A stretch of DNA of 64,000 nucleotides from Bacteroidales bacterium. GTDB taxonomy: Bacteria; Bacteroidota; Bacteroidia; Bacteroidales; M50B96. The notes beneath the pieces were generated by a model. That model was not told the origin of the DNA. It did not search any database and saw only the letters and a program-made list of their open reading frames with translations. Where the stretch lies: positions 68,512 through 132,511 of the forward strand of contig JAIOYV010000002.1 in assembly GCA_021740905.1 (NCBI GenBank), read 5' to 3'. Position numbers and translations under genes: made by a program. The stretch's first letter is position 1. Every line of letters begins with the position of its first letter. Positions 18,308 to 27,178 of the stretch are shown piece by piece.

Positions 18308-19921
18308 ATGAAGAAAAATAATCCAAAATATAATATGTGGCAATTTCGCGAAGCAAAAGAGGTAAAGCTTTTCGACAAGTTTATCTTGATTGTGCTTTCT
18401 TTTGCCGGAGTGATCAGCATATTTAATCTTATGGAGTGGTGGTTTCAGGGAAAGCACATTGTTAGTCTTGGTTTATTTGTGGTTCTAAGTACATTTTTTT
18501 GGTATGGGGCATTTCGGATTATTTTGATCTGGATAAATTATCTGGGCATACAAAAGCCCATAAAAGTTCCCAAACCTAATGAGGGCCTGAGTGTGGCAAT
18601 TTTTACAACAAGTGCGCCGGGAGAGCCTATTTCTATGTTCGGAAAAACGTTGGAAGCCCTTCGAAATGTCACTTATCCTCATACAACTTACTTGTTAGAT
18701 AGTACAGAGGATGTAGCCTTTAAAGAGCTTGCAGAAAAATATGGGGTCGTTTTTCTCGACTGTGCAAACCTTCCAGGGGCTAAAGCCGGAAAAATAAACA
18801 AGGCACTCGAATTAACCAGCGAAGAGTTTATATTAATTCTCGATCCTGATCATATTGCATTCCCCAATTTTTTGGATCAGACCTTGGGCTTTTTCGAAGA
18901 CGAGAAAGTGGGCTTTGTGCAGGTTTCGCAAGGCTACTACAACCAATATCGGTCGTTCACAGCGGCTGGAGCGGCAGAGCAAACCTACACCTTTTACGGG
19001 CCTACCCAAATGGGCTTGTTCGGTTATGGGTGTAGCGTAGCCATTGGTGCCAATTGCACCTTTCGAAGAAAAGCTTTTGAAAGTATTGGAGGACATGCCG
19101 AAGCCCTTGCCGAGGACTTGGTGACATCTATGCGGCTCCATGCTGCCGGGTGGAAATCGGTGTACAACCCGGTTATTGTGAACCGTGGTTTGGTTCCCGA
19201 AGAATTTGGTTCCTTTGCCAAACAGCAATTAAAATGGTCGAGGGGTGTTTTTGAAGTATTGTTTGTTGATTATCCCAAGCTATTCAAAAAATTCTCCTTT
19301 TGGCAAAAGCTTTCCTACGGTGCCATTTCCTTTTACTATTTCACCGGACTCATGACCCTGTTCTTCATCCTAATCCCTCCTTTGTATTTTTTTACAGGAG
19401 TTATCCCGGCCAATATGGATTTCACCGAATTCCTTGTCAAGGGTATACCGGTGGCCCTAATCTCACTAATGATTTATTTATATGTGCAAAAATTCCTTGT
19501 CCATCCTAAAACTGAATTTGGATTTCACTGGCGGGGAATGATTCTGAAATATTCTCTTTGGCCCATCTATTTTTTAAGTTTTGTACTGTCGTTGCTCAAT
19601 TATAAAATACCCTATATCCCTACTCCAAAAAAGGCTGTAATTGGGAATATTACCCCTTATGCAAGGCCACTTATCTGGTACAACCTACTTTTTATCGTTT
19701 CTGTGTTGGTCCTATATTTCGATCGAAAATATTTTGTGCCCGAAAGTGAACTACTCTTTACTTCATCCAGAACATGGGGAATGATAGGATTTTCCCTTAT
19801 CGCATTTATTCAATCAATAGGAGGTATTCTGGCAGCCTTAGGGGCTATTCGATTAAAAGAAGAAATGCCCTGGGAGGATATCGATGTAAACAATATTTCA
19901 ACTGAAAAAGATAAAAAATGA
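18308..19921 (+). CDS. Processive GT2 glycosyltransferase (cellulose synthase catalytic subunit-like)
   Basis: GAKAGKIN, ILDPDH, VGFVQ, LAEDL, QQLKW (QxxRW variant); N- and C-terminal TM helices; no PilZ domain apparent. Confidence 0.88.
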   Translation: MKKNNPKYNMWQFREAKEVKLFDKFILIVLSFAGVISIFNLMEWWFQGKHIVSLGLFVVLSTFFWYGAFRIILIWINYLGIQKPIKVPKPNEGLSVAIFTTSAPGEPISMFGKTLEALRNVTYPHTTYLLDSTEDVAFKELAEKYGVVFLDCANLPGAKAGKINKALELTSEEFILILDPDHIAFPNFLDQTLGFFEDEKVGFVQVSQGYYNQYRSFTAAGAAEQTYTFYGPTQMGLFGYGCSVAIGANCTFRRKAFESIGGHAEALAEDLVTSMRLHAAGWKSVYNPVIVNRGLVPEEFGSFAKQQLKWSRGVFEVLFVDYPKLFKKFSFWQKLSYGAISFYYFTGLMTLFFILIPPLYFFTGVIPANMDFTEFLVKGIPVALISLMIYLYVQKFLVHPKTEFGFHWRGMILKYSLWPIYFLSFVLSLLNYKIPYIPTPKKAVIGNITPYARPLIWYNLLFIVSVLVLYFDRKYFVPESELLFTSSRTWGMIGFSLIAFIQSIGGILAALGAIRLKEEMPWEDIDVNNISTEKDKK

Positions 19922-20694
19922 AAACATTATTATTGGCCGGAGGCTTTGGCACCCGATTTAGCGAAGAAACAGCTTTGAAACCAAAACCCATGGTCACCAT
20001 AGGTGGGAAGCCTATTTTATGGCACATAATGAAACTTTATTCTCATTATGGCTTTAATGATTTTGTTGTTCTCTTAGGGTATAAAGGACATGTTATAAAA
20101 GAGTATTTTATAAACTACTTTTACTACCAAAGCGATATTACAATCGACATTGCCAGTAACCACGTCGAAATACTGAACAATACCTCCGAACCCTGGAAAG
20201 TAACTTTGCTCGATACAGGTTTGCACACCATGACCGGTGGTCGTGTATTGCGATCGAGGAATATTGTGGGCGATGAACCATTTATGCTTACGTATGGCGA
20301 TGGTATCGGGGATGTTGATATTGAAAAACTGGTAAAATTCCATAAAGGGCATGGGAAAGCATTGACCATGACTACCGTTCAACCCGAAGGTAGGTTTGGA
20401 GGTGTTGGCTTTAACGGGGACAACGACAAAGTAGATGCTTTTTTAGAAAAACCGAAAGGAGATGGTGGCTGGATAAATGCCGGATTTTTTGTCTGCGAGC
20501 CTAAAGTATTTGATTATATTGCAGATGATGACAAAACCATTTTTGAGCGTGCACCTTTGGAAAACCTCGCTAAGGATGGGGAACTATTTGGCTATAAGCA
20601 TTCAGGGTTCTGGAAACCCATGGATACACTTAGGGACAATGTTAAATTGAACGAAATGTGGGAGGAGGATAAAGCGCAATGGAAAGTATGGTAG
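19918..20694 (+). CDS. rfbF: Glucose-1-phosphate cytidylyltransferase
   Basis: LLAGGFGTRFSEET..KPKPMV.IGGKPILWHIMK, TMTGGR, LTYGDG, GFWKPMDTLRD; ATGA overlap with GT2. Confidence 0.95.
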   Translation: MKTLLLAGGFGTRFSEETALKPKPMVTIGGKPILWHIMKLYSHYGFNDFVVLLGYKGHVIKEYFINYFYYQSDITIDIASNHVEILNNTSEPWKVTLLDTGLHTMTGGRVLRSRNIVGDEPFMLTYGDGIGDVDIEKLVKFHKGHGKALTMTTVQPEGRFGGVGFNGDNDKVDAFLEKPKGDGGWINAGFFVCEPKVFDYIADDDKTIFERAPLENLAKDGELFGYKHSGFWKPMDTLRDNVKLNEMWEEDKAQWKVW

Positions 20695-21794
20695 ATTTCA
20701 AAGGCCTTTTCAATGGAATTTATAAAGGCAAAAAGGTTCTGGTCACTGGGCACACAGGTTTTAAAGGATCGTGGTTGTGCCAATGGCTTGAATTAATGGG
20801 AGCCAATGTATATGGCTTTTCCCTTTCTTCTGTTAGCGAACCTAACCATTATGGCTTGCTGGATATGAAGATGGATGAGCTACTCGCAGATTTGAGAGAT
20901 GCAGATAGCTTAACAGCTTATATTCAAAATGTTAATCCTGATATTGTTTTTCACCTTGCAGCACAGGCATTGGTAAGGCCATCGTACACCGATCCTGTGG
21001 AAACTTTTTCGACCAACATTATGGGGACTTTGAATGTATTCGAGGCCTGCCGGAAAACAGCTTCTGTGAAAGCAATCATAAATGTTACCAGCGATAAGTG
21101 CTATGAAAATAAGGAATGGATTTGGGGTTATCGGGAAAATGACCGAATGGGTGGCCACGATCCTTATAGTGCTTCGAAGGGAATGTCTGAACTGTTGACC
21201 GCCTCGTACCGGAATTCTTTTTTCAATATCAATGAATATGGAAAATCGCATGCTGTTTTGCTTGGAACCGGGCGCGCTGGTAATGTGATCGGTGGTGGCG
21301 ATTGGGCCACAGATCGCCTAGTGCCCGATATGATGAAAGCCACAAGTACGGGAGCCTCGGTGCTAATCAGAAACCCAAAAGCCACCCGCCCCTGGCAGCA
21401 TGTTCTGGAGCCTTTAAGCGGTTATCTCTCCCTGGGTTGGAAACTACTGGAAGGAAATGCAGAATACGCTGAAGGTTGGAATTTTGGTCCTGAAATGGAA
21501 AGTAACCTTTCAGTAGGCGAAATAGTAAAACGATCTGCGAAAATTTGGGATGCTGTAATCCCTAAAATTGGCAACAATTCAAATGAACATCACGAAGCCA
21601 ATCTACTGATGCTCGATTGTTCAAAAGCAAACAAGATATTGAAATGGAAGCCGGTTTGGGGCATTAATATAACCATAGAAAAAACAATAGCCTGGTACAA
21701 AATCTTCTACCAGGAAGGGAAACTGAATACCAGGGATGACATACAGGCTTATGTTGAATCAGCTAGAAAAAAAGAGGTTGAATGGGCAAGATAG
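20688..21794 (+). CDS. rfbG: CDP-glucose 4,6-dehydratase
   Basis: VTGHTGFKGSWL, TSDKCYEN, DPYSASK, RAGNVIGGGDW, RPWQHVLEPL. Confidence 0.95.
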   Translation: MVDFKGLFNGIYKGKKVLVTGHTGFKGSWLCQWLELMGANVYGFSLSSVSEPNHYGLLDMKMDELLADLRDADSLTAYIQNVNPDIVFHLAAQALVRPSYTDPVETFSTNIMGTLNVFEACRKTASVKAIINVTSDKCYENKEWIWGYRENDRMGGHDPYSASKGMSELLTASYRNSFFNINEYGKSHAVLLGTGRAGNVIGGGDWATDRLVPDMMKATSTGASVLIRNPKATRPWQHVLEPLSGYLSLGWKLLEGNAEYAEGWNFGPEMESNLSVGEIVKRSAKIWDAVIPKIGNNSNEHHEANLLMLDCSKANKILKWKPVWGINITIEKTIAWYKIFYQEGKLNTRDDIQAYVESARKKEVEWAR

Positions 21795-22684
21795 ATCTAA
21801 AGGGTAAAAAAGTTTTGGTTACCGGGGGCAATGGCTATCTCGGTCGCAATTTGGTCGCAAGTCTGAGAGAGGCAGGGGCGAAGGTCTTTATATTGGATAA
21901 AAACGGAGATGAAACTTTGGAGAATACTTTTATCCTGGATATTACCGACCGAGAATTGCTCACGAAGGCCATTCATAAAATACAGCCCGATATTGTTTTC
22001 CACCTCGCTGCATCGCTCAACAGAGATCGGGATTTTGACAACTTTGATGAGATACATTCGATTAATTTCGATGGCACATTAAATTTACTGATGGCCTTAC
22101 AAAATGTAGTATATGAGAACTTCATCTTTGCAAGTACGAGCGAAATTTATGGTAGCAACGAAGCCCCATTTGTTGAGTCTCAAATCCCTGATCCCGCCTC
22201 GCCTTACTCGTTGACAAAGGTTTTTTCTGAGAATCTAATCAAAACCTTCAGCAAGACCTATGACAAAAAATTCACGATCCTTCGCATTTTTAATTTTTTC
22301 GGAAAAGGAATGTCCCCCCAGTTTTTTATTCCTCAAATGATGAATTCGCTCAGAAATAACACACCATTCGAAATGACTGAAGGAGAGCAAAAACGGGATT
22401 TTCTATACCTCGACGACATATTGGAAGCAATGCTATTATGTGCAAGCCATACGGCTCGAAACGAAACATTCAATGTATGTAGCGGAGAGGCTGTTACCTT
22501 AAAACAACTGGTACTGGAAATGAAATTGAAGCTGAATAGCAAATCGGAAATTATGTTTGGTGCATTGCCCTATCGCAGCAACGAAGTTTGGAATATGGTA
22601 GGCGACAATTCAAAAATACGAGAGTCTCTTGGTTTTGTCCCAAAATATAATTTGGGCAAAGGAATTGAGCTAATAATATCATAA
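21782..22684 (+). CDS. NAD-dependent epimerase/reductase (extended SDR)
   Basis: VTGGNGYLG, ASTSEIYG, YSLTK, GEQKRDFLY; overlaps rfbG end. Confidence 0.85.
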   Translation: MGKIDLKGKKVLVTGGNGYLGRNLVASLREAGAKVFILDKNGDETLENTFILDITDRELLTKAIHKIQPDIVFHLAASLNRDRDFDNFDEIHSINFDGTLNLLMALQNVVYENFIFASTSEIYGSNEAPFVESQIPDPASPYSLTKVFSENLIKTFSKTYDKKFTILRIFNFFGKGMSPQFFIPQMMNSLRNNTPFEMTEGEQKRDFLYLDDILEAMLLCASHTARNETFNVCSGEAVTLKQLVLEMKLKLNSKSEIMFGALPYRSNEVWNMVGDNSKIRESLGFVPKYNLGKGIELIIS

Positions 22685-22713
22685 AATGAATAAATCACTT
22701 AAAAATTATAATT

Positions 22714-24054
22714 ATGAAAACTAAATGGCAATTAATACCTGTTCTCCAGAGTAAAATTTTTATTCTGGCTTCTTTCCTTATTTTGTTTTTGTTGAACCCC
22801 ATTATTGTAGATGCTAATGTGTTAACTGGTACTCAACGATTGGATAGCCTGCTTTTTTCCGAAAACCTGAAATCAGCCTTTGTTTATGATACCTTTGGTA
22901 ATCTTCTTATAGAAAGTGAATTGTCATGGAATTCAGTAAATGCCTCATGGGTGGAATTTTCTAAAACCGAATATGTTTGGGATACTCAGGGTTTTCTTTC
23001 GCAGGAAACCGAGTCTTTTCTCGATACATTAACCAACCAAATGGTTGGGAATAAAAAACTTGATTATGTCCGCAATAGCAGCGGGTTTGTAACTATGGTA
23101 ACAGAGTCGTATTGGGAAGCTACCGCGGGACAATGGATTTTTGCTGCAAAATCAGAATTTACCTTAAACTCGAATGGTGAAAAGCTTCAGCAGATTGATT
23201 ATTACTGGAATCCGGCAGGTAGCAATTGGGCCAACGACTGGAAATTTGACTACACCCTGGATGCAAATGGCAACACTGTTTTGGTCATGGGGTATTATTG
23301 GGAACCAACAAATTCGCTATGGACAGATGGATGGAAGGCAGAGTACATTTACGATGCATCCGACAATCTAACGTCGCAAATTGCCTATTACAAAAACCAG
23401 ACTAACGGCCAATGGATTCCCTACGAGAAAATTGATTACAGCTATCTCACTGGTGGAAATATCTCTCTCCAAACGAGTTATTACAAAGACAGTCCATCCG
23501 GCCCCTGGATTTCAAATGAGCAATATGGATACTCTTATGATGGAAACGGAAATGTTTCGATACAATCTGCCAGTTATTGGAATGCTTCTAACAGTTCGTG
23601 GGTAAACAACTGGAAATTTGATTACACATATAATAATGGGTATAGCGTAAGCGATTTGATAATTCCTCATTATTATCAGGGAAATGTATTGTTTAATCAC
23701 ATGCTTACCAGCTATACTTTTTCTTACTGGGAAGCGAGTGGCACGAATTGGGTTCCAAATGAGTATTGGGAATTGTTTTATTCCGCAATACAGGTGGTGG
23801 AAATGTTTTCATTAAATGTTCCCAAAGAAATCCTATTCCCTAATCCGGTAGTGGATTACATTCATTTTCAGTTTACTGAGGATGGAACATCCGCTTTACT
23901 TGAAATTTTTAACCCGGTCGGACAATTTGTAATGAAGCAGGAAATTGCGAATAATGAGAATGTTCTTCTCAGTGGTTTCGCTCCCGGCGTGTATTTTTTT
24001 ATTATTCACCTTCAGGGAAAAGATTTTACGGGTCGTTTTGTTAAATCGAATTAA
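22714..24054 (+). CDS. Secreted repeat protein with T9SS type-A C-terminal sorting domain
   Basis: About 8 tandem ~31-aa repeats W...K.(E/D)Y.YD.NGN.....YYW; C-terminal LFPNPV...GVYF......GRFVK. Confidence 0.8.
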   Translation: MKTKWQLIPVLQSKIFILASFLILFLLNPIIVDANVLTGTQRLDSLLFSENLKSAFVYDTFGNLLIESELSWNSVNASWVEFSKTEYVWDTQGFLSQETESFLDTLTNQMVGNKKLDYVRNSSGFVTMVTESYWEATAGQWIFAAKSEFTLNSNGEKLQQIDYYWNPAGSNWANDWKFDYTLDANGNTVLVMGYYWEPTNSLWTDGWKAEYIYDASDNLTSQIAYYKNQTNGQWIPYEKIDYSYLTGGNISLQTSYYKDSPSGPWISNEQYGYSYDGNGNVSIQSASYWNASNSSWVNNWKFDYTYNNGYSVSDLIIPHYYQGNVLFNHMLTSYTFSYWEASGTNWVPNEYWELFYSAIQVVEMFSLNVPKEILFPNPVVDYIHFQFTEDGTSALLEIFNPVGQFVMKQEIANNENVLLSGFAPGVYFFIIHLQGKDFTGRFVKSN

Positions 24055-24085
24055 TCATAGAGGCATTGAGTTAAAAACAGAAAGA

Positions 24086-25249
24086 ATGAAACTAAAGTCA
24101 ACATACCGTTTTCTCATCATAATTTCGGCCCTTGCCGTAGGCATATTGCTGGTTTATTTACTTTCAGTTGCTGGCAGCGGGTCGAAAGGCCCCATCCAAA
24201 ATGCACTGCGATACGTCGAAGAGAATATCCTGAGAATGGAACAAACATTAATTATCGACAAGCGCGAAGATAAGAGGAAGGAAAAATTGAGTACATTCAA
24301 GCCAATAAGTGATGACCTGGCTGCACTTAAAAACCCGAAAGCCATTCTTTTTGGTGCCTCGGATATGAGCGAGCCTGAATCGTTTGAAACCATTATCGAC
24401 TTAGAGGATTCTTTAAAAATGGTATTTCCTTTAATCCATATTTATTGTGCATGGGGGAGTAAACCAATTGAAGAATTTCCGGCTGTGGCTGCACAAACTA
24501 TTATTAACATGGGATCGACTCCTGTAATAACCTGGGAACCCTGGCTGAGTGATTTTGATGAAAAGGAATTTCCGGGCATCCCTCCTATTGCCGAGCGTGA
24601 TAAAGGATGCTTAAAAGCCATTGCAAGTGGAGTTTACGATGCCTATATCATAAAATGGGCTAATGGCGCGAAAAAAGTAAACAAACCTATTTTTATTCGC
24701 TACGGGCACGAGATGAACGATCCTTACCGCTATCCCTGGGGGCCGCAAAATAATACACCGGAAGATTTTATTAGTTCATGGCAACATATCCGTCAGGTTT
24801 TCAATTCTCAACAGGTTTACAATGTAGTTTGGATATGGGCACCTCACCCTTCTTATGCTGGTTTCGAAGCTTTTTACCCCGGCGATGAATCTGTTGATTA
24901 TGTGGGAATTGGAATTTTAAATTTTGGTACAGTGGCAACCTGGAGCAAATGGTGGACCTTCGATGAATTATTTGCGAGTTATGACCAGTTTAGTTGGTTC
25001 AAAAAACCCATTATGATTACTGAATTTGGATCTCTTGTTGTGGGAGGGGAAAGAAGTAAATGGTTTGCAGATGCACTGAGAGAGGTTCCCATAAAATACC
25101 CTGATTTAAAATCGATTCTGTTTTTTCATTATCCTGCCGATAAAACCATAACCAACAAAGATGTAAGCTGGTATTTCATTGACGACCCGGCAACTCGCGA
25201 TTCGATCATTGAGCAAATATCGCTTTGGCCCGATTCCCTAAAGCTGTAA
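24086..25249 (+). CDS. Membrane-anchored GH26 glycoside hydrolase
   Basis: N-terminal TM; ITWEPW, RYGHEMN (acid/base Glu), FYPGDESVDYVG, PIMITEFG (nucleophile Glu). Confidence 0.85.
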   Translation: MKLKSTYRFLIIISALAVGILLVYLLSVAGSGSKGPIQNALRYVEENILRMEQTLIIDKREDKRKEKLSTFKPISDDLAALKNPKAILFGASDMSEPESFETIIDLEDSLKMVFPLIHIYCAWGSKPIEEFPAVAAQTIINMGSTPVITWEPWLSDFDEKEFPGIPPIAERDKGCLKAIASGVYDAYIIKWANGAKKVNKPIFIRYGHEMNDPYRYPWGPQNNTPEDFISSWQHIRQVFNSQQVYNVVWIWAPHPSYAGFEAFYPGDESVDYVGIGILNFGTVATWSKWWTFDELFASYDQFSWFKKPIMITEFGSLVVGGERSKWFADALREVPIKYPDLKSILFFHYPADKTITNKDVSWYFIDDPATRDSIIEQISLWPDSLKL

Positions 25250-25623
25250 TTTAAAATCAATAATTTTACGAAACAGATCAATATAACCACTATCACAGGC
25301 ATAGCTGGTTAAATCAGTGTTTCTGCATAGTTGTGATAAATCAGGCATGTAGATTTGGTATGTGAGAATTGCATTCCCTTTTTTTAAATGTTGAGGATTG
25401 CACTTTTTTTCAATCCATAGCATTTCGGTAATTTCTGTTTTCAAACCTATTGACATTACTCCTATTTTTTTGTATATTTGGATGTTATCATGGCAAACAT
25501 TTCAGAAAAGCTCAATAATGATTCTGGAACCAGTGCAAAATTAGTGAAGCCAACTGTTGAGTAATATATTTCGGATTCTAAATATTGACAAAGACATTAG
25601 TTTAACTTTAAAATTTGTACGCT

Positions 25624-26931
25624 ATGGAAAAAATCAAAAAGATTATTCGGGAAGAGGCTCCACCCCTTAGTGCTGAGATTAAAAAATTAGCAAAAGAATA
25701 TGGAGACAAGGTGATTTGTGATGTTACTTTAAACCAGGTATTAACAGGGATGAAGGGGGTAATCAGCCTACTCACCGCAACTTCAAAACTCGATCCTGAA
25801 GAGGGTATCCGGTTCAGGGGATACTCGATCCCTGAATTACAAAAACTATTGCCTAAGGCTGAAGGTGGCACAGAACCGCTTCCTGAAGGTTTATTTTTCC
25901 TTATGCTTTTGAACCGCCTTCCCACGGATGATGATGTCAAAGAACTGTCGAAAGACTGGGCAAGCCGTGCCGATGTTCCCGATTATGTATTCAAAATCAT
26001 CGAAAGCTTCCCGGTAGGTTCGCACCCAATGGCTCAATTAACATCAGCTGTGGCCTCCATGTCGATCGATTCTAAATTCAGGTTGGCCCACCGCGAGGGG
26101 TTGATCAAAAAAGATTATTGGGACCTTACCTACGAAGATGTGATGGACCTGATTGGTCGACTTCCCAGGATTGCGGCCTATATTTATAGAAGGAATTACC
26201 ATGATTCGAAATTTATCGATCCCGACCCAAGTTTGGACTGGGCTGCAAATTTCGCCCACATGATGGGCTACGACCATGATGAAGTGCGAAAACTTTTCCG
26301 TCTTTATCTGACAATACACACTGACCATGAAGGCGGAAATGTATCTGCTCATACCACCCATTTGGTTGGTTCGTCATTAAGCAACCCATATTATGCCTTT
26401 GCTGCCGGGCTTGCCGGGTTGGCTGGCCCCTTGCATGGTTTGGCAAACCAGGAAGTGATCCGCTGGATTTTTCACATGTTAGATGAAATCGGGACACAAA
26501 CGCCAACGAAAGACCAAATTTCGGAATTCGTTCATAAAACCCTCTCCGAAGGGCAAGTTGTTCCGGGTTATGGTCATGCTGTATTGCGCAAAACTGACCC
26601 CCGCTATATGGCGCAGCGCGAATTTGCACTGAAGTATTTACCTGACGACCCGCTATTCCAGGTTGTGAGCCATGTGTACGAAGTTGTACCCCCCATTTTA
26701 AGCTCAATCGCCAAGATTAAAAATCCCTGGCCCAATGTCGATGCACATTCTGGTGTTTTATTGCTGCATTATGGCATTAAGGAGTACGATTTTTATACGG
26801 CCCTGTTTGGCGTTTCAAGGGCACTTGGAGTACTTGCCCAATTGGTTTGGGATAGGGCACTCAGATTGGCTATCGAAAGGCCAAAATCGCAAGACCTAGC
26901 CTGGTTTAAGCAAAAAGTTGGAGCTGTGTAA
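25624..26931 (+). CDS. gltA: Citrate (Si)-synthase, eukaryote-like type
   Basis: LDPEEGIRFRG, PLPEGLF, DHEGGNVSAH, LAGPLHGLANQEV, VVPGYGHAVLRKTDPR, NPWPNVDAHSG. Confidence 0.93.
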   Translation: MEKIKKIIREEAPPLSAEIKKLAKEYGDKVICDVTLNQVLTGMKGVISLLTATSKLDPEEGIRFRGYSIPELQKLLPKAEGGTEPLPEGLFFLMLLNRLPTDDDVKELSKDWASRADVPDYVFKIIESFPVGSHPMAQLTSAVASMSIDSKFRLAHREGLIKKDYWDLTYEDVMDLIGRLPRIAAYIYRRNYHDSKFIDPDPSLDWAANFAHMMGYDHDEVRKLFRLYLTIHTDHEGGNVSAHTTHLVGSSLSNPYYAFAAGLAGLAGPLHGLANQEVIRWIFHMLDEIGTQTPTKDQISEFVHKTLSEGQVVPGYGHAVLRKTDPRYMAQREFALKYLPDDPLFQVVSHVYEVVPPILSSIAKIKNPWPNVDAHSGVLLLHYGIKEYDFYTALFGVSRALGVLAQLVWDRALRLAIERPKSQDLAWFKQKVGAV

Positions 26932-26998
26932 ACTTCCGTAGTGAATTTCTACTAAACTCTATATCTTTTTAATAGAAGGGAGGGTAAAAGTGAGAATG

Positions 26999-27036
26999 AT
27001 TTAAAAAGTCGATACTGCGGTATCGACTTTTTAAAT
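26999..27036. terminator. Intrinsic terminator after citrate synthase
   Basis: Perfect 17-bp stem atttaaaaagtcgatac-tgcg-gtatcgactttttaaat. Confidence 0.8.
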
Positions 27037-27178
27037 TCAAGTATAAAATTGGATTATAATAATTTAGACCTTAAAATTACATCTTTCTTCAGAGGATGTT
27101 CTTGATATACAAAGTTCAAAAAAAATATACATGGTTCAATGGTTTCAATCCTTTTTCTATCTTTACTGAAAATTTGTT

